64,000 bases of DNA from a virus. The notes under the pieces are model-generated. The model saw only the letters and a program-made list of their open reading frames with translations. It was not told the DNA's origin and ran no database searches. The position numbers and the translations under genes are program-made. Shown here in pieces: positions 45,414 through 55,397 of the stretch (positions within the stretch are counted from its first letter, which is position 1; every line of letters starts with the position of its first letter). The stretch spans positions 1-64,000 of IMG/VR virus record IMGVR_UViG_3300028025_003013. The stretch is one strand, 5' to 3'.

Positions 45414-45836
45414 TCAAACTCCTTTGTTCATGTTATCAATCAATTTGCTCAATTCCGCAGTGCTACCCACGAATATCGCATTATTATTTGTTACTTGTTT
45501 CGCTGCCTCGGTCTTGCTTGGTGCGTCAAGTATTCGCTTCTTGCCATGCAGATCCATTAACTGATGGTTAATGTCCGCAAGCTGTTTCATCAAATTACCC
45601 ACTACCTCAAAGGCACGTGGATGCTCTGAAGATTTTGCAACCTCCAGCGCATGGTTCAATGCATCCTGTCCCTGCTGTAGCAGGTTGTGTAGATTACCTC
45701 TTGATTTGTCATAATCATAATCCACTCTATCATCGGGAGGGAGAATCACTTCTCCACTCTTTGTAATGATCTCACCTGTTACCTTTTCAGCAGGTTCAAG
45801 GTCAAAGATCTCACTCATATTATTATCAATTTTCAT
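45414..45836 (-). CDS. 16: terminase small subunit gp16
   Basis: DYDKSRGNL, VAKSSEHPRAFEV, NNAIFVGSTAEL. Confidence 0.85.
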   Translation of the reverse strand: MKIDNNMSEIFDLEPAEKVTGEIITKSGEVILPPDDRVDYDYDKSRGNLHNLLQQGQDALNHALEVAKSSEHPRAFEVVGNLMKQLADINHQLMDLHGKKRILDAPSKTEAAKQVTNNNAIFVGSTAELSKLIDNMNKGV

Positions 45837-45841
45837 AGTAA

Positions 45842-46258
45842 TTATAGACTTGGTCTTGGACGTGGTCTTGGTGTTTCGCTTGTTGGTGTAGGTTCTACGC
45901 TTGGTGTTGGCATTGGGTCTGGCATTGGTAAGCTAGATGATGTTCCCATTGCTGGTGGTGTATACGGTACTGGTGTTGTATTGCTTGCTGCGCCAGCTAC
46001 CTTTTCCTGAGTGCGACCCCATGCAGCGATACCCAACACAGCACCCATGGCTAAGTGAAACAATCCAGCACCCTGTAAGGTTAGCGGATTCCACTGAGTC
46101 ACTGGTTGCTTTAGTAATGTTTGTAGTAGTGCCCATGCGACAGGGAATATAACCATGTCACAGAAACAAACGACCATGTACATCCAACCCATGGCTGGAC
46201 GCCATTTCTTTTGCATCCAATCTTCTTCTTTCTTTTCTACTATAACTTCTTCTGCCAT
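45842..46258 (-). CDS. holin-like protein (GTA/3TM holin family)
   Basis: KKWRPAMGWMY, MGAVLGIAAWGRTQEK. Confidence 0.75.
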   Translation of the reverse strand: MAEEVIVEKKEEDWMQKKWRPAMGWMYMVVCFCDMVIFPVAWALLQTLLKQPVTQWNPLTLQGAGLFHLAMGAVLGIAAWGRTQEKVAGAASNTTPVPYTPPAMGTSSSLPMPDPMPTPSVEPTPTSETPRPRPRPSL

Positions 46259-46279
46259 TGTACTTCCTTATTATTGTTA

Positions 46280-47089
46280 TTAGAACTCGAAATCACCAAG
46301 AAAATCTTCTACCACACCTTCACTTAAACTTTGCGCATCTGCAAATACAGAATCACCAGCACCAGTAAATATGTTTTGGGCATCACCGAATATCTGATCT
46401 TGATAACCACCAAAGTCGTTGAAGTATTCGTTTGGTATCTCGAATGCAGAATTTATCTGTGACGACAAAGATCTGGTAGTGAAGCCATTCATGTTAGACA
46501 AGTCACTGCCCACAGTACTAAATCTATCGTTATCTCTAAGAACACTTCCCTGCGTTGCATCAGCTATAGCTGAGGATCTCCAATACTTGTAGTTCATGGA
46601 GATGTTTACCTTTAGCGTTTCCTTTGCAGCATAATCCATTGTTATAGCTTGCATCTGTTTTGGATAGCACTCATACAACTTAACACCGTAAACTGCTCTA
46701 CCATCGTTATTGAAAGTTAAGATATCAATGTTTGGTGCAATGTAATTGTCGTAGTAATTCCAGTGGCGTGTTTCTCTGTCGGAGATCGACTGAATCCAGT
46801 TATCAAAGAATTCCTTGACGATGTAGTTGGAGTCGCAGTAGAATGAAAAGTTTACATTGCCGTAAAGGTTCTCGTACGGCATCTCACGAACTTCACCATA
46901 TGTTCTTAGCTGAGCAGTGCTGATGTTCTGGTCTGGTAACTGAGTTTGATCGCAGAACAAACGCATTAGTCGTAGCGAATCGCTGGCGTTATTAAAAGCA
47001 ACACCCTTTGGCTGCGCAATAGTTACCATGAACTTGCTTGGGTTAGCTAAACCACGTGTCTTAACTTCTGTGATGAATTCTGATAGCAT
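46280..47089 (-). CDS. baseplate-tail tube initiator gp54-like
   Basis: Tail-tube fold motifs LPDQNI, FFDNWIQ, LYECYP. Confidence 0.75.
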   Translation of the reverse strand: MLSEFITEVKTRGLANPSKFMVTIAQPKGVAFNNASDSLRLMRLFCDQTQLPDQNISTAQLRTYGEVREMPYENLYGNVNFSFYCDSNYIVKEFFDNWIQSISDRETRHWNYYDNYIAPNIDILTFNNDGRAVYGVKLYECYPKQMQAITMDYAAKETLKVNISMNYKYWRSSAIADATQGSVLRDNDRFSTVGSDLSNMNGFTTRSLSSQINSAFEIPNEYFNDFGGYQDQIFGDAQNIFTGAGDSVFADAQSLSEGVVEDFLGDFEF

Positions 47090-47670
47090 TAAATTTTTCC
47101 TAGTGAGTCTTGCCAGACTTGGATCTTGGTGGCACCGACAAATCTCTCAACTGGAAGAAGCATGGCCATGGACCAGTCTTTTGAATTGATTTTCACAAAA
47201 GGCGATCGAACATGAGCCGTTAAGTATTCTTTTACGCATGGCTTTGCTAGATTAAACCTAGCAACTCCGTTGATTGTCGCCCATGACATACGTAACTTGG
47301 TGTTACCATCCATCTTGTCGTTATTACGAAACTGCTGTAGTCTGTCCAACAGCTTAATACGAATCGGATACGCCAGATAGTGCATATTCAATCCACGAAA
47401 ACCATTCGGTGTTTTAGCAAAGGGAAACACCAGCGGAAACCTATCATAGTAAGGTAGCGTATCTTTATGTTTCGGGTCATACATATACAGGTAGCAGTTA
47501 CCTGGAATGATCTGAGACCTATTTTGAGATGGGCTATTCTTCACCAACTTATTTGGTGTTGAAACTTGTTTGGACAAAAGCAAGACCTGTTGATCGAACC
47601 ATGTTTTGGAACGATACTTTATGGTTGGATCGTAAACTGCTTTGTCAAAGATTTTTTGGTATGTATCCAT
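47089..47670 (-). CDS. 2: DNA end protector gp2
   Basis: YDPKHKDTLPYYDRFPLV, GLNMHYL. Confidence 0.9.
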   Translation of the reverse strand: MDTYQKIFDKAVYDPTIKYRSKTWFDQQVLLLSKQVSTPNKLVKNSPSQNRSQIIPGNCYLYMYDPKHKDTLPYYDRFPLVFPFAKTPNGFRGLNMHYLAYPIRIKLLDRLQQFRNNDKMDGNTKLRMSWATINGVARFNLAKPCVKEYLTAHVRSPFVKINSKDWSMAMLLPVERFVGATKIQVWQDSLGKI

Positions 47671-47679
47671 ATATTCTAT

Positions 47680-48117
47680 TTATTTGATTCCTAGATGATG
47701 TTCTGTAAGTATCTTGAATTCCCATCCACGATCTTTTGCATATTCAGTTGCAGCTTTCCACTTAGCCTCATTTTTACCCCATGTCATTACTTCAGTGATA
47801 TAACGCTGTGTAACTCTGCTGGGAGGGACAGGTGGACGAGTCTGAGAATCTGGCTTAATTTCAACTAGATATGTGGCTAAATTGCCGTCTTTATTACGCA
47901 CCTGTATCTGAAAGTCTACGAAATAGCGATGAATTCTATTGTCGGTAGGACAGACGTACGGAATTACAGTCTCCTCGGACTTCCACTTTACAACATTTTG
48001 GTTACGATCGCACCATGTGGCAAACTTTGTTTCCCATGAGGAACGCATAATGATGTTAGTTGGATCTCCAGAATACTTCTCTGGTTTCGTTGGAACGAAC
48101 TTTCTTTTATGATACAT
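47680..48117 (-). CDS. 4: head completion nuclease gp4
   Basis: PEKYSGDP, RSSWE, HRYFVDF, EIKP, NEAKWKAA. Confidence 0.92.
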   Translation of the reverse strand: MYHKRKFVPTKPEKYSGDPTNIIMRSSWETKFATWCDRNQNVVKWKSEETVIPYVCPTDNRIHRYFVDFQIQVRNKDGNLATYLVEIKPDSQTRPPVPPSRVTQRYITEVMTWGKNEAKWKAATEYAKDRGWEFKILTEHHLGIK

Positions 48118-48171
48118 GGCTTTTTTGGCTAATAAATAATAGACTACCCCTCCATTATTTAGAGAAAACCT

Positions 48172-49404
48172 ATGGCAACTGAATACGATCAACAAGGCAA
48201 TCCCATCGGCGATTATAGTGCCGTTGCTGGCGCAACAAGCGGATTTCTTGGATCTGCAGCACCTTCCTATGCTGATACACCAGAAGGTATTCGCCCACCA
48301 ATTTCCTCTACAAGAGCAAGTAACAAATACGCTGTTGGCATTAGATCTTTTCCCAAAGATGTCACCACAGCTCAAATGCAGAACTACATTAAGTTCTATA
48401 TCAACGTGCAATCTGATTCTAAGGTAGCCAGAGATAACTCTGAAGAGATGGCTGTTGTTCAACCAGATCGTTCTGCCATGAATAGTTTAGTGGGTAAGAC
48501 AACCAGTTCTACCGCATATGCAGCAGCAGCTGCAGCACAGGGTGCTGTTCTGGGATTCGTTGGTGGTATAGCTTCTGGTGCAGCTGGGGCTAAAGATGCT
48601 GTCGGTGCTATTGGTGGTGTCGCTGGTGGTGGTGCAAAAGGTGCACTGGGTGGCGCACTAGTGGGTGGTGGCGTTGCGGCAGTACAAACAACTGTGCTAG
48701 AATCAGCTGGAATTAAATTCGGTGCGCCAGCCAAACGTGTAAAAGAAGCTATAGTTCTCTATACTCCGCAACAACTTAGTGTTCGTTACGGTATGCAATG
48801 GTCCGAAGAAGATGTAGGTATTGCTGCTGCCTTAGCTACCAATCCAGAATTGGCAAACCAGTTGTCAGCTGCTGGTGAGTCTATGAAAGCTGGTAACGTA
48901 AAAGATGGTGCAGCACAGGGTGGTGCTGGTATTGCCAATGCAGCAAAGGGTGCTATTTCCTCAGAGATTTTAAAAGCCAATGCTGGTCTTTCAGCAATGT
49001 CTAGGTCTGCAGGCAATCCAAGAAAAGAACAAATCTTTAAAGGTGTGGACTATCGTAGGTTTACCTTTGACTATCAGTTTGCACCAAGAGATGCAGCTGA
49101 AGCACAGGCTGCATTAAACATTATCTGGTTGTTTAAGTATCACATGCACCCAGAGTTTAAAGATGCAAACAATTTCGTTTATGTTTATCCATCTGAATTT
49201 GACATTGAGTACTACATCGGTGAGAGGCAAAACACCAGTTTAAACAAGATATCATCATGCGTGCTTACAGAGATGAACGTAAACTACTCACCGAATGGTG
49301 TATTCACTACATTCCCAGATGGAACTCCGACTCAGATCAACGTAACTCTTAACTTCGTTGAACTAGAGACACTAACCAAAGAACGTATCGAGGCTGGTCT
49401 ATAA
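48172..49404 (+). CDS. 48: baseplate tail-tube cap gp48
   Basis: NPRKEQIFKGVDYRRFTF, YPSEFDI, VNYSPNG. Confidence 0.85.
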   Translation: MATEYDQQGNPIGDYSAVAGATSGFLGSAAPSYADTPEGIRPPISSTRASNKYAVGIRSFPKDVTTAQMQNYIKFYINVQSDSKVARDNSEEMAVVQPDRSAMNSLVGKTTSSTAYAAAAAAQGAVLGFVGGIASGAAGAKDAVGAIGGVAGGGAKGALGGALVGGGVAAVQTTVLESAGIKFGAPAKRVKEAIVLYTPQQLSVRYGMQWSEEDVGIAAALATNPELANQLSAAGESMKAGNVKDGAAQGGAGIANAAKGAISSEILKANAGLSAMSRSAGNPRKEQIFKGVDYRRFTFDYQFAPRDAAEAQAALNIIWLFKYHMHPEFKDANNFVYVYPSEFDIEYYIGERQNTSLNKISSCVLTEMNVNYSPNGVFTTFPDGTPTQINVTLNFVELETLTKERIEAGL

Positions 49405-49901
49405 TGTACTTCGACAATATGCAAGACATGTACTACGATTTCCAGAAAGCCAATGGAGAAATAGATTACGTAAAATTAAAAGACATAACGCAGAACGTGC
49501 GCTTTAAGATGGCAGTTCTAGAGAACATCAGTCTTTACGAATTCTATGATATGAACGACAATGATACTCCAGAGATCGTTTCGGAACATTTTTATAATTC
49601 TCCAAAGTATCACTGGGTAATTATGATTGCCAATCAAAAGTATGATTACGTTGAAGACTTCCCGATGGCAGTCGACAGGCTAGAAAAGAAAATCACAGAA
49701 AAGTATGGTGCTGGTAACGAGTATGATACTCACCACTATGAGTTCAATGGTTGGATAGTTGACAACATTAGTTATCCAACGGCATCTGCAGTTTCAAACT
49801 ATCAATATGAGTTTGACCAGAACGAAGCAAAACGTAGAATACGAATCATCAGTCCAGGATTGCTTGATCAGGTCTTAACCGAATTTAGAAATATAATGTA
49901 A
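49404..49901 (+). CDS. 53: baseplate wedge gp53
   Basis: MYF, DTPEIVS, HWVIMIAN, HHYE, NEAKRRI. Confidence 0.88.
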   Translation: MYFDNMQDMYYDFQKANGEIDYVKLKDITQNVRFKMAVLENISLYEFYDMNDNDTPEIVSEHFYNSPKYHWVIMIANQKYDYVEDFPMAVDRLEKKITEKYGAGNEYDTHHYEFNGWIVDNISYPTASAVSNYQYEFDQNEAKRRIRIISPGLLDQVLTEFRNIM

Positions 49902-51190
49902 TGGCGCAAAAAGATGGTCTAAGATTTGCTGGCGACGTAGACATTGAACGAGTTGAGATAGTTTCCTCAGCTGGTCGTGGTGTTGAAGTTACCAATATGA
50001 TTGCAGAGATTCAGATATTTGAGGATATCTTTTCTCCCTGCGTTACAGGCACAGTTACAATAACTGACAGTATCGATCTGGTAAACGTCTTTCCCTTTGT
50101 TGGTGAAGAAAAGATTATTCTTAAAATTCGAACACCAGCCATTCCTGATAAGATGAAGGAATCTAGAATTGATCAACAGTTCTTTATCTACAAGATGTCT
50201 GATCGCAAGGTGCTTGGTGATAAGAACGTATTCTACATCCTGCACTTTTGTTCCTACGAATTAGTTTCCGATGCCAACTTAAAACTGTCTCGAGCATTTG
50301 AAGGTAAGATCTCTGATCTGGCCAAGAAGATAATGAAGACTGAGATCGTTAAGTCCGATCTTCCAATGGACATTGAAGAAACCAAAAACTCCGTAAAGTA
50401 TATCTCCAACTATTGGTCTCCGTATAGGAACATGAACTTTCTGGCTGAGAGAGCAATCAGCAGTAGCAATGTTCCAAACTACGTGTTCTTTGAAAATCGC
50501 CATGGGTTAAACTTTGTTTCGCTGTCAGGTTTATTCAGTAAGAAAGACCGAGAGCAGTATACATATGACTCATTTGAACGTGTGCCGAGAGAACGTGGTT
50601 CCATTGTCAATCCAGAAGCAACATTCTCTCGATTCTTGGACTATACAATTGAAACTGGCTTTGATTACATCGAGCGTATCAACAGTGGTATGTTTGGTAG
50701 CAAGATGATTTCGCATGATATTCTGACCAAGAAGTACAGTACGCAGAACGTGAACATGTTCACTAACTTTGAACAAGAAAAACACCTTAACAAGTATCCA
50801 GTTTCTACACAGGATGTGTTGGCACGTTATAATTCAAACATCTTTAATTACCCTAAGTACAATAGCCATATGAATGGTTCTGGGGATGATGGTGCTCAGA
50901 ACTGGTTACAGCGCAGAGTATCACTAATGGCACAGGCGCATGCGTACAGAATGACAGCTGAAGTTCCAGGTAGAACAGATATTACTGTCGGTGAGATCGT
51001 TAAAGTTCAGATTTATAAGTCTTCGCAGACACTTAAAGAAGATGTTAACCAATCGTTGATTGATAATATGTTCTCTGGTAGATACATTATTAGCGCATTG
51101 AACCACCGCATTACTCGTGAGAAGCATGAGATCCATATGGAATTATTAAAAGATTCCTTGATCGTTGATCCTAAGACAGGAAAGAAATGA
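49901..51190 (+). CDS. baseplate hub/tail protein (gp27-like)
   Basis: IFEDIFSPCVTG, YVFFEN, FSGRYII; lies between 53 and 5. Confidence 0.7.
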   Translation: MAQKDGLRFAGDVDIERVEIVSSAGRGVEVTNMIAEIQIFEDIFSPCVTGTVTITDSIDLVNVFPFVGEEKIILKIRTPAIPDKMKESRIDQQFFIYKMSDRKVLGDKNVFYILHFCSYELVSDANLKLSRAFEGKISDLAKKIMKTEIVKSDLPMDIEETKNSVKYISNYWSPYRNMNFLAERAISSSNVPNYVFFENRHGLNFVSLSGLFSKKDREQYTYDSFERVPRERGSIVNPEATFSRFLDYTIETGFDYIERINSGMFGSKMISHDILTKKYSTQNVNMFTNFEQEKHLNKYPVSTQDVLARYNSNIFNYPKYNSHMNGSGDDGAQNWLQRRVSLMAQAHAYRMTAEVPGRTDITVGEIVKVQIYKSSQTLKEDVNQSLIDNMFSGRYIISALNHRITREKHEIHMELLKDSLIVDPKTGKK

Positions 51191-54039
51191 AATTATATAC
51201 TGGTGTAGTTGAAAATCGTAAAGACCCATTAAAGCTGGGTCGTTGTCAGGTTCGTATTGTCGGGTTACACACCGAGCAAAAAACAGTACTACCAACGGCA
51301 GATCTGCCATGGGCATTCCCGATGCAGCCAGTTACCTCTGCTGCGATGAATGGTATTGGCCATGCGCCAGTCGGTCCAGTTGAAGGCACATGGGTCATTA
51401 TCTTCTTTAGAGATGCTGACGAACAACAGCCGATTATGATGGGTACGATCGGTGGTATCCCTCAGGTCGATTCCAAGAAGATAGACGAGTTTACAGACTT
51501 TGTTGAATTGTTTCCAAGTTCAATTGCTCAGACAGGAACTAAGAGTGGTGACGTACCACAGAACGTAGCTACCGATGGTTCTGGTAATCCGATAGCAGTT
51601 GGTTCGGGTGGCTTTTTAACTACTGGCAATGCTGATACACCAGCACAGGCTGCAACTACAGCTAATCAGGCATCCACTGCAGCAAAAGTTGACGCACCAA
51701 TTCCTGGATCTCCACCATACGGTAAAAGAGAAGGTTCTTCGGTAAACATTCCGCAGACATCTTACAAAGGTATTCAAGCACTGGGTAATGCCATGACCTC
51801 GCTGGGTATTACAGCTAGGTATGCACGTGCAGCTATCCTTGGTATTGCCATGGGTGAATCAAAGTGTATACCACAGAACGAAGCATATACTTACAATGCA
51901 GCTAGGTTAAAGCAGGTTTACAGCTGGATTGATGAAGAGAATGCAGCAAAGTATGCTAACTGGAAAGGTTCTCGCGAAGACTTTTTCCGCTACATCTACG
52001 GACCAACAACTCGTTCTGGTAAATCACTGGGACATACTGCTGCTGATGATGGCGCAAAATACTGGGGTCGTGGTTACATTCAGTTAACTGGTAAGGGCAA
52101 CTATACCAAGTACGCAAAGCTGTCTGGCGTAGATATTATTGCTTCACCAGACCTAACCAACGACTACGAAAAAGGTGCGTTAGTTGCTGTTGCTTACTTT
52201 AAAGATCGTGTCAAGGTTGAACAAAATGATCCATCATACTTTGAAGCTGCATGTCGTGCGGTAGGTTATAACGTACCAGACATTAAAGCTGCAAAGAAAG
52301 CATACTACGAATACTTCCTTGGTGAAACTGCTGCAGATGATAAGTCCGCAGTTCCAGGAGAAACACCTGCCAACGTAGCAGTAAACGAACAGGGCATTCC
52401 ACTAGATCGTGTTCAAAATATGGACACAGGATTCTCTGATCCTGATATGAAGTATCCACTAAGATCTCATATCAACGAACCAGATACAAACCGACTGGCT
52501 CGAAGCAAAGTCCCTGGAACTGCAGTTGAAAAGAAAGATGCCACACGTTTAAATGGATTGCCAGTTGCCGATGGTACTACCTTTAGCCAACCAGCTGTTC
52601 CTTACAACGCCAAGTATCCATACAACCATGTGTTCGAATCTGAGTCTGGACATATTCAAGAATTTGACGATACACCAGATAATGAACGTGTTCACCTGTA
52701 TCATAAGACAGGGACATTCCTTGAGGTTGACGTAAACGGCACTCAGGTTAATCGTATCACTGGCGATGGCTATACAATCATCGACAAGAACGGCTATATC
52801 TATATCAAGGGCGCATGTACCATTACAGCAGAAGGTGCTACAAACATCTTTGTTAATGCTGATGCCAACATTAAGGTTGCAGGTCTAACTCAGATCGATC
52901 TACTCAACGATGCTGCAATTAACGTGGCTGGCAATCTAGACTTAAACGTGGCTGGTGCATTTCAAGTTAAGTGCGATACCTTTACACTTGAAACTACTGG
53001 TGACTCTGTAGATATAACTTCTGCCACTGGAATAAACATTCAGGGAGAAGAAGCGATTAATGTAAAATCCGCTGCAGAAGTTAATATTCAAGGTGAAGGT
53101 GATGTTAACGCAAAGTCTGCTGGCGCAGTTAATCTGCAAGCTGGTGCTGATGTTAGCCTTAAAGCTGGTGGTAATGTTGCTGCCGATGGTTCTATTATCG
53201 ATCTGGCCAATGGTTCTTCTTCGGATGCAGCAGATGCTGCTGATGCAGCCAAGACTGATCTCGGTGATCCGCCAGCTGTTGGTAGTCCAGAAAACAATGT
53301 GTTTCAAACACTGGAAGTTCCAACTCGTAATATGGAAGATGAAGCAGCATACGAAACTCCAGAAGACAATGCTTCACCAGAAGGACAAGCAGCAAACAAA
53401 CGTGAGGTGGTTGGTGAAAAGAGCACTCCAGAAAACACTACTGCTACTGAGTCTGCACCTGCGCCAGCAAACAATGTTAAACCTCAGGGAGCAAACTGCG
53501 ATCTGATCTACACAATGAATACTTTCCCGACATCGTTTAGATTGTCACCGAATGTTAATGTGGGAACTATGATTGCTGGTAGCCATATCCTACAGGGTCA
53601 ACAGGCTCTTGGCAAGATGATGAGTATACAAGAGATCGTTTGTAATATGAAAGGTCTTGCAGAAAACTGTATTGAACCGATCATGGCTCTTGCTGGTGGT
53701 AAGGGTGGTATTATTATTACGTCTGGCTTTAGGCAGAATGGTGTAGTGAGTAACTCATCTGCTACTTCTCAACATCCTGCGGGACAAGCATTCGACTTCC
53801 AATTGACTGGTAAGATTAATGACTATCAGGCTACCTATGACTTTGTTCAGAAAGTTGCCGCAAGTGTGCCATTTGATCAATTGATTCTGGAGTATAGAGA
53901 TCCAGGGGTGAATGGTAATAACAGAAAAGTTCGCATCTGCTGGGTTCACTGCTCATTCAAGTACACTGGAAACCGTAAGATGGCATTCACTATGTTGAAC
54001 GACAAGACCTATAAGAAAGATGGTTTCGCTTTAGTATGA
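51187..54039 (+). CDS. 5: baseplate hub/spike gp5 with GH19-like and peptidase M15-like domains
   Basis: GVVENRKDPLKLGRCQVR; YWGRGYIQLTGKGNY; YPYNHVFESESGH; ITSGFR..SQH..GQAFD..WVHCS. Confidence 0.92.
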   Translation: MKLYTGVVENRKDPLKLGRCQVRIVGLHTEQKTVLPTADLPWAFPMQPVTSAAMNGIGHAPVGPVEGTWVIIFFRDADEQQPIMMGTIGGIPQVDSKKIDEFTDFVELFPSSIAQTGTKSGDVPQNVATDGSGNPIAVGSGGFLTTGNADTPAQAATTANQASTAAKVDAPIPGSPPYGKREGSSVNIPQTSYKGIQALGNAMTSLGITARYARAAILGIAMGESKCIPQNEAYTYNAARLKQVYSWIDEENAAKYANWKGSREDFFRYIYGPTTRSGKSLGHTAADDGAKYWGRGYIQLTGKGNYTKYAKLSGVDIIASPDLTNDYEKGALVAVAYFKDRVKVEQNDPSYFEAACRAVGYNVPDIKAAKKAYYEYFLGETAADDKSAVPGETPANVAVNEQGIPLDRVQNMDTGFSDPDMKYPLRSHINEPDTNRLARSKVPGTAVEKKDATRLNGLPVADGTTFSQPAVPYNAKYPYNHVFESESGHIQEFDDTPDNERVHLYHKTGTFLEVDVNGTQVNRITGDGYTIIDKNGYIYIKGACTITAEGATNIFVNADANIKVAGLTQIDLLNDAAINVAGNLDLNVAGAFQVKCDTFTLETTGDSVDITSATGINIQGEEAINVKSAAEVNIQGEGDVNAKSAGAVNLQAGADVSLKAGGNVAADGSIIDLANGSSSDAADAADAAKTDLGDPPAVGSPENNVFQTLEVPTRNMEDEAAYETPEDNASPEGQAANKREVVGEKSTPENTTATESAPAPANNVKPQGANCDLIYTMNTFPTSFRLSPNVNVGTMIAGSHILQGQQALGKMMSIQEIVCNMKGLAENCIEPIMALAGGKGGIIITSGFRQNGVVSNSSATSQHPAGQAFDFQLTGKINDYQATYDFVQKVAASVPFDQLILEYRDPGVNGNNRKVRICWVHCSFKYTGNRKMAFTMLNDKTYKKDGFALV

Positions 54040-54088
54040 TCCCTAACACCGTAATTATGCACCAAGTCAAGTTTGGAGTCAAGTTTAG

Positions 54089-54670
54089 ATGACAGTTAAA
54101 GTTACTCAATTGAATCCAAGCGGATTTGGTGCAGTGGCTGGAGATCCACTTGCTGCAATTACCGAAGATGGGTCAACTGCATATTCCAACTTTATTCCAA
54201 CAGTATACGAAGGTGCGGTGTTTTCCATAGATTTACAATTTCAAGGTTCGTATGCCAGTGCAGCCGAGCCACCAGTAATTACTCTTGAAAATGCCACTGC
54301 TGTTTCGCTGACTACAAACCTTTCAGCAAATGGGTTAACTGCTACGAAACCTAATGCTTATACGTATAGGATTACTGGCTCATGGGCTAATGCTTTTACA
54401 AATAGTTACTATCAGTTTAAAATGAGAGACTATTCTTTAAAGGTTTTACCACCAACCACTACGGAAGACTGGATTGCTTTGATACGTTATCAGATGCCGT
54501 CTCCAACTTCAATACAAAAGGACATTGTGTTTAGTGTAACGATTCCACCAGATCCATTATTGGGTGGTCATCCAACTACAGAAAATGTCACCATAAGTCA
54601 GTGGGTATTCTGGAACTTTGCTTCAGCCAGAGCAGCAGTTATTAGCCTAGTGGCACAGGGAGAAATATAA
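54089..54670 (+). CDS. probable virion structural protein
   Basis: ORF between gp5 and PAAR. Confidence 0.65.
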   Translation: MTVKVTQLNPSGFGAVAGDPLAAITEDGSTAYSNFIPTVYEGAVFSIDLQFQGSYASAAEPPVITLENATAVSLTTNLSANGLTATKPNAYTYRITGSWANAFTNSYYQFKMRDYSLKVLPPTTTEDWIALIRYQMPSPTSIQKDIVFSVTIPPDPLLGGHPTTENVTISQWVFWNFASARAAVISLVAQGEI

Positions 54671-54984
54671 TGCCAGCAGTAGCAAGAGCAGGAGATACCG
54701 TACTTTCTATCGATGGAACAGGGTTCAAGTGTCGTCAACCCATGCAGACCTCTGTGGGTGCGGTTAATGGTAATAACGTATTTGCCAATGGTATCCTTAT
54801 CGTGGTTCATGGTAAACTGATAGCACCCCATCCTAAGTCTGGATGTCAACCAGATACTTCTACTTTATCCACGTCATCCAGTAAAGTTAAGATCGGTGGA
54901 CTGGGAGTTGGAAGAATCGGAGACGATTATGGTGGAATTAACACAATTACGCAAGGTTCTTCAAATGTGTTCGCAGGTGGATAA
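54670..54984 (+). CDS. PAAR spike tip protein (gp5.4-like)
   Basis: MPAVARAGD, GRIGD, GSSNVFAG. Confidence 0.88.
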   Translation: MPAVARAGDTVLSIDGTGFKCRQPMQTSVGAVNGNNVFANGILIVVHGKLIAPHPKSGCQPDTSTLSTSSSKVKIGGLGVGRIGDDYGGINTITQGSSNVFAGG

Positions 54985-54995
54985 TAAATAATCAA

Positions 54996-55397
54996 ATGGC
55001 TACAGCAACTAAAAAACAACGCACCTTTTCGGACTTGGATCTGAATTTTACCGCACATCCAGTTACGGGAGATGTAGCACGGCTATACGACGAGAATGCC
55101 ATCAAGCGTTCAGTGCGAAACCTGCTTCAAACAAACAACTTTGAACGACCATTTCATAGCGAAATAGGTTCTCAGATCCGTGCCTTACTATTTGAACCAG
55201 CATCCCCAGTTTTAAATACCATGCTAAAGCGAGTTATTGCTGACACCATTGCTACCTTTGAACCAAGAGTTGTGGTAAACAGTGTTACAGTTTCTTCAAA
55301 CGCAGACAATAACGCATTGAATGTTACCTTGGTATTCACCATAGTGAACACAGTTAACCCAGTAACAATGAATGTTGTTTTACAGAGAACACGATAA
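54996..55397 (+). CDS. 25: baseplate wedge gp25
   Basis: FSDLDL, AIKRSVRNL, ERPF, FEPRV. Confidence 0.92.
   Translation: MATATKKQRTFSDLDLNFTAHPVTGDVARLYDENAIKRSVRNLLQTNNFERPFHSEIGSQIRALLFEPASPVLNTMLKRVIADTIATFEPRVVVNSVTVSSNADNNALNVTLVFTIVNTVNPVTMNVVLQRTR

Noticed and set aside
48118-48462. 260-aa version of gp4
   Set aside because: The extension overlaps gp48 antisense and the divergent intergenic region; homology starts at MYHKRKF (48117)
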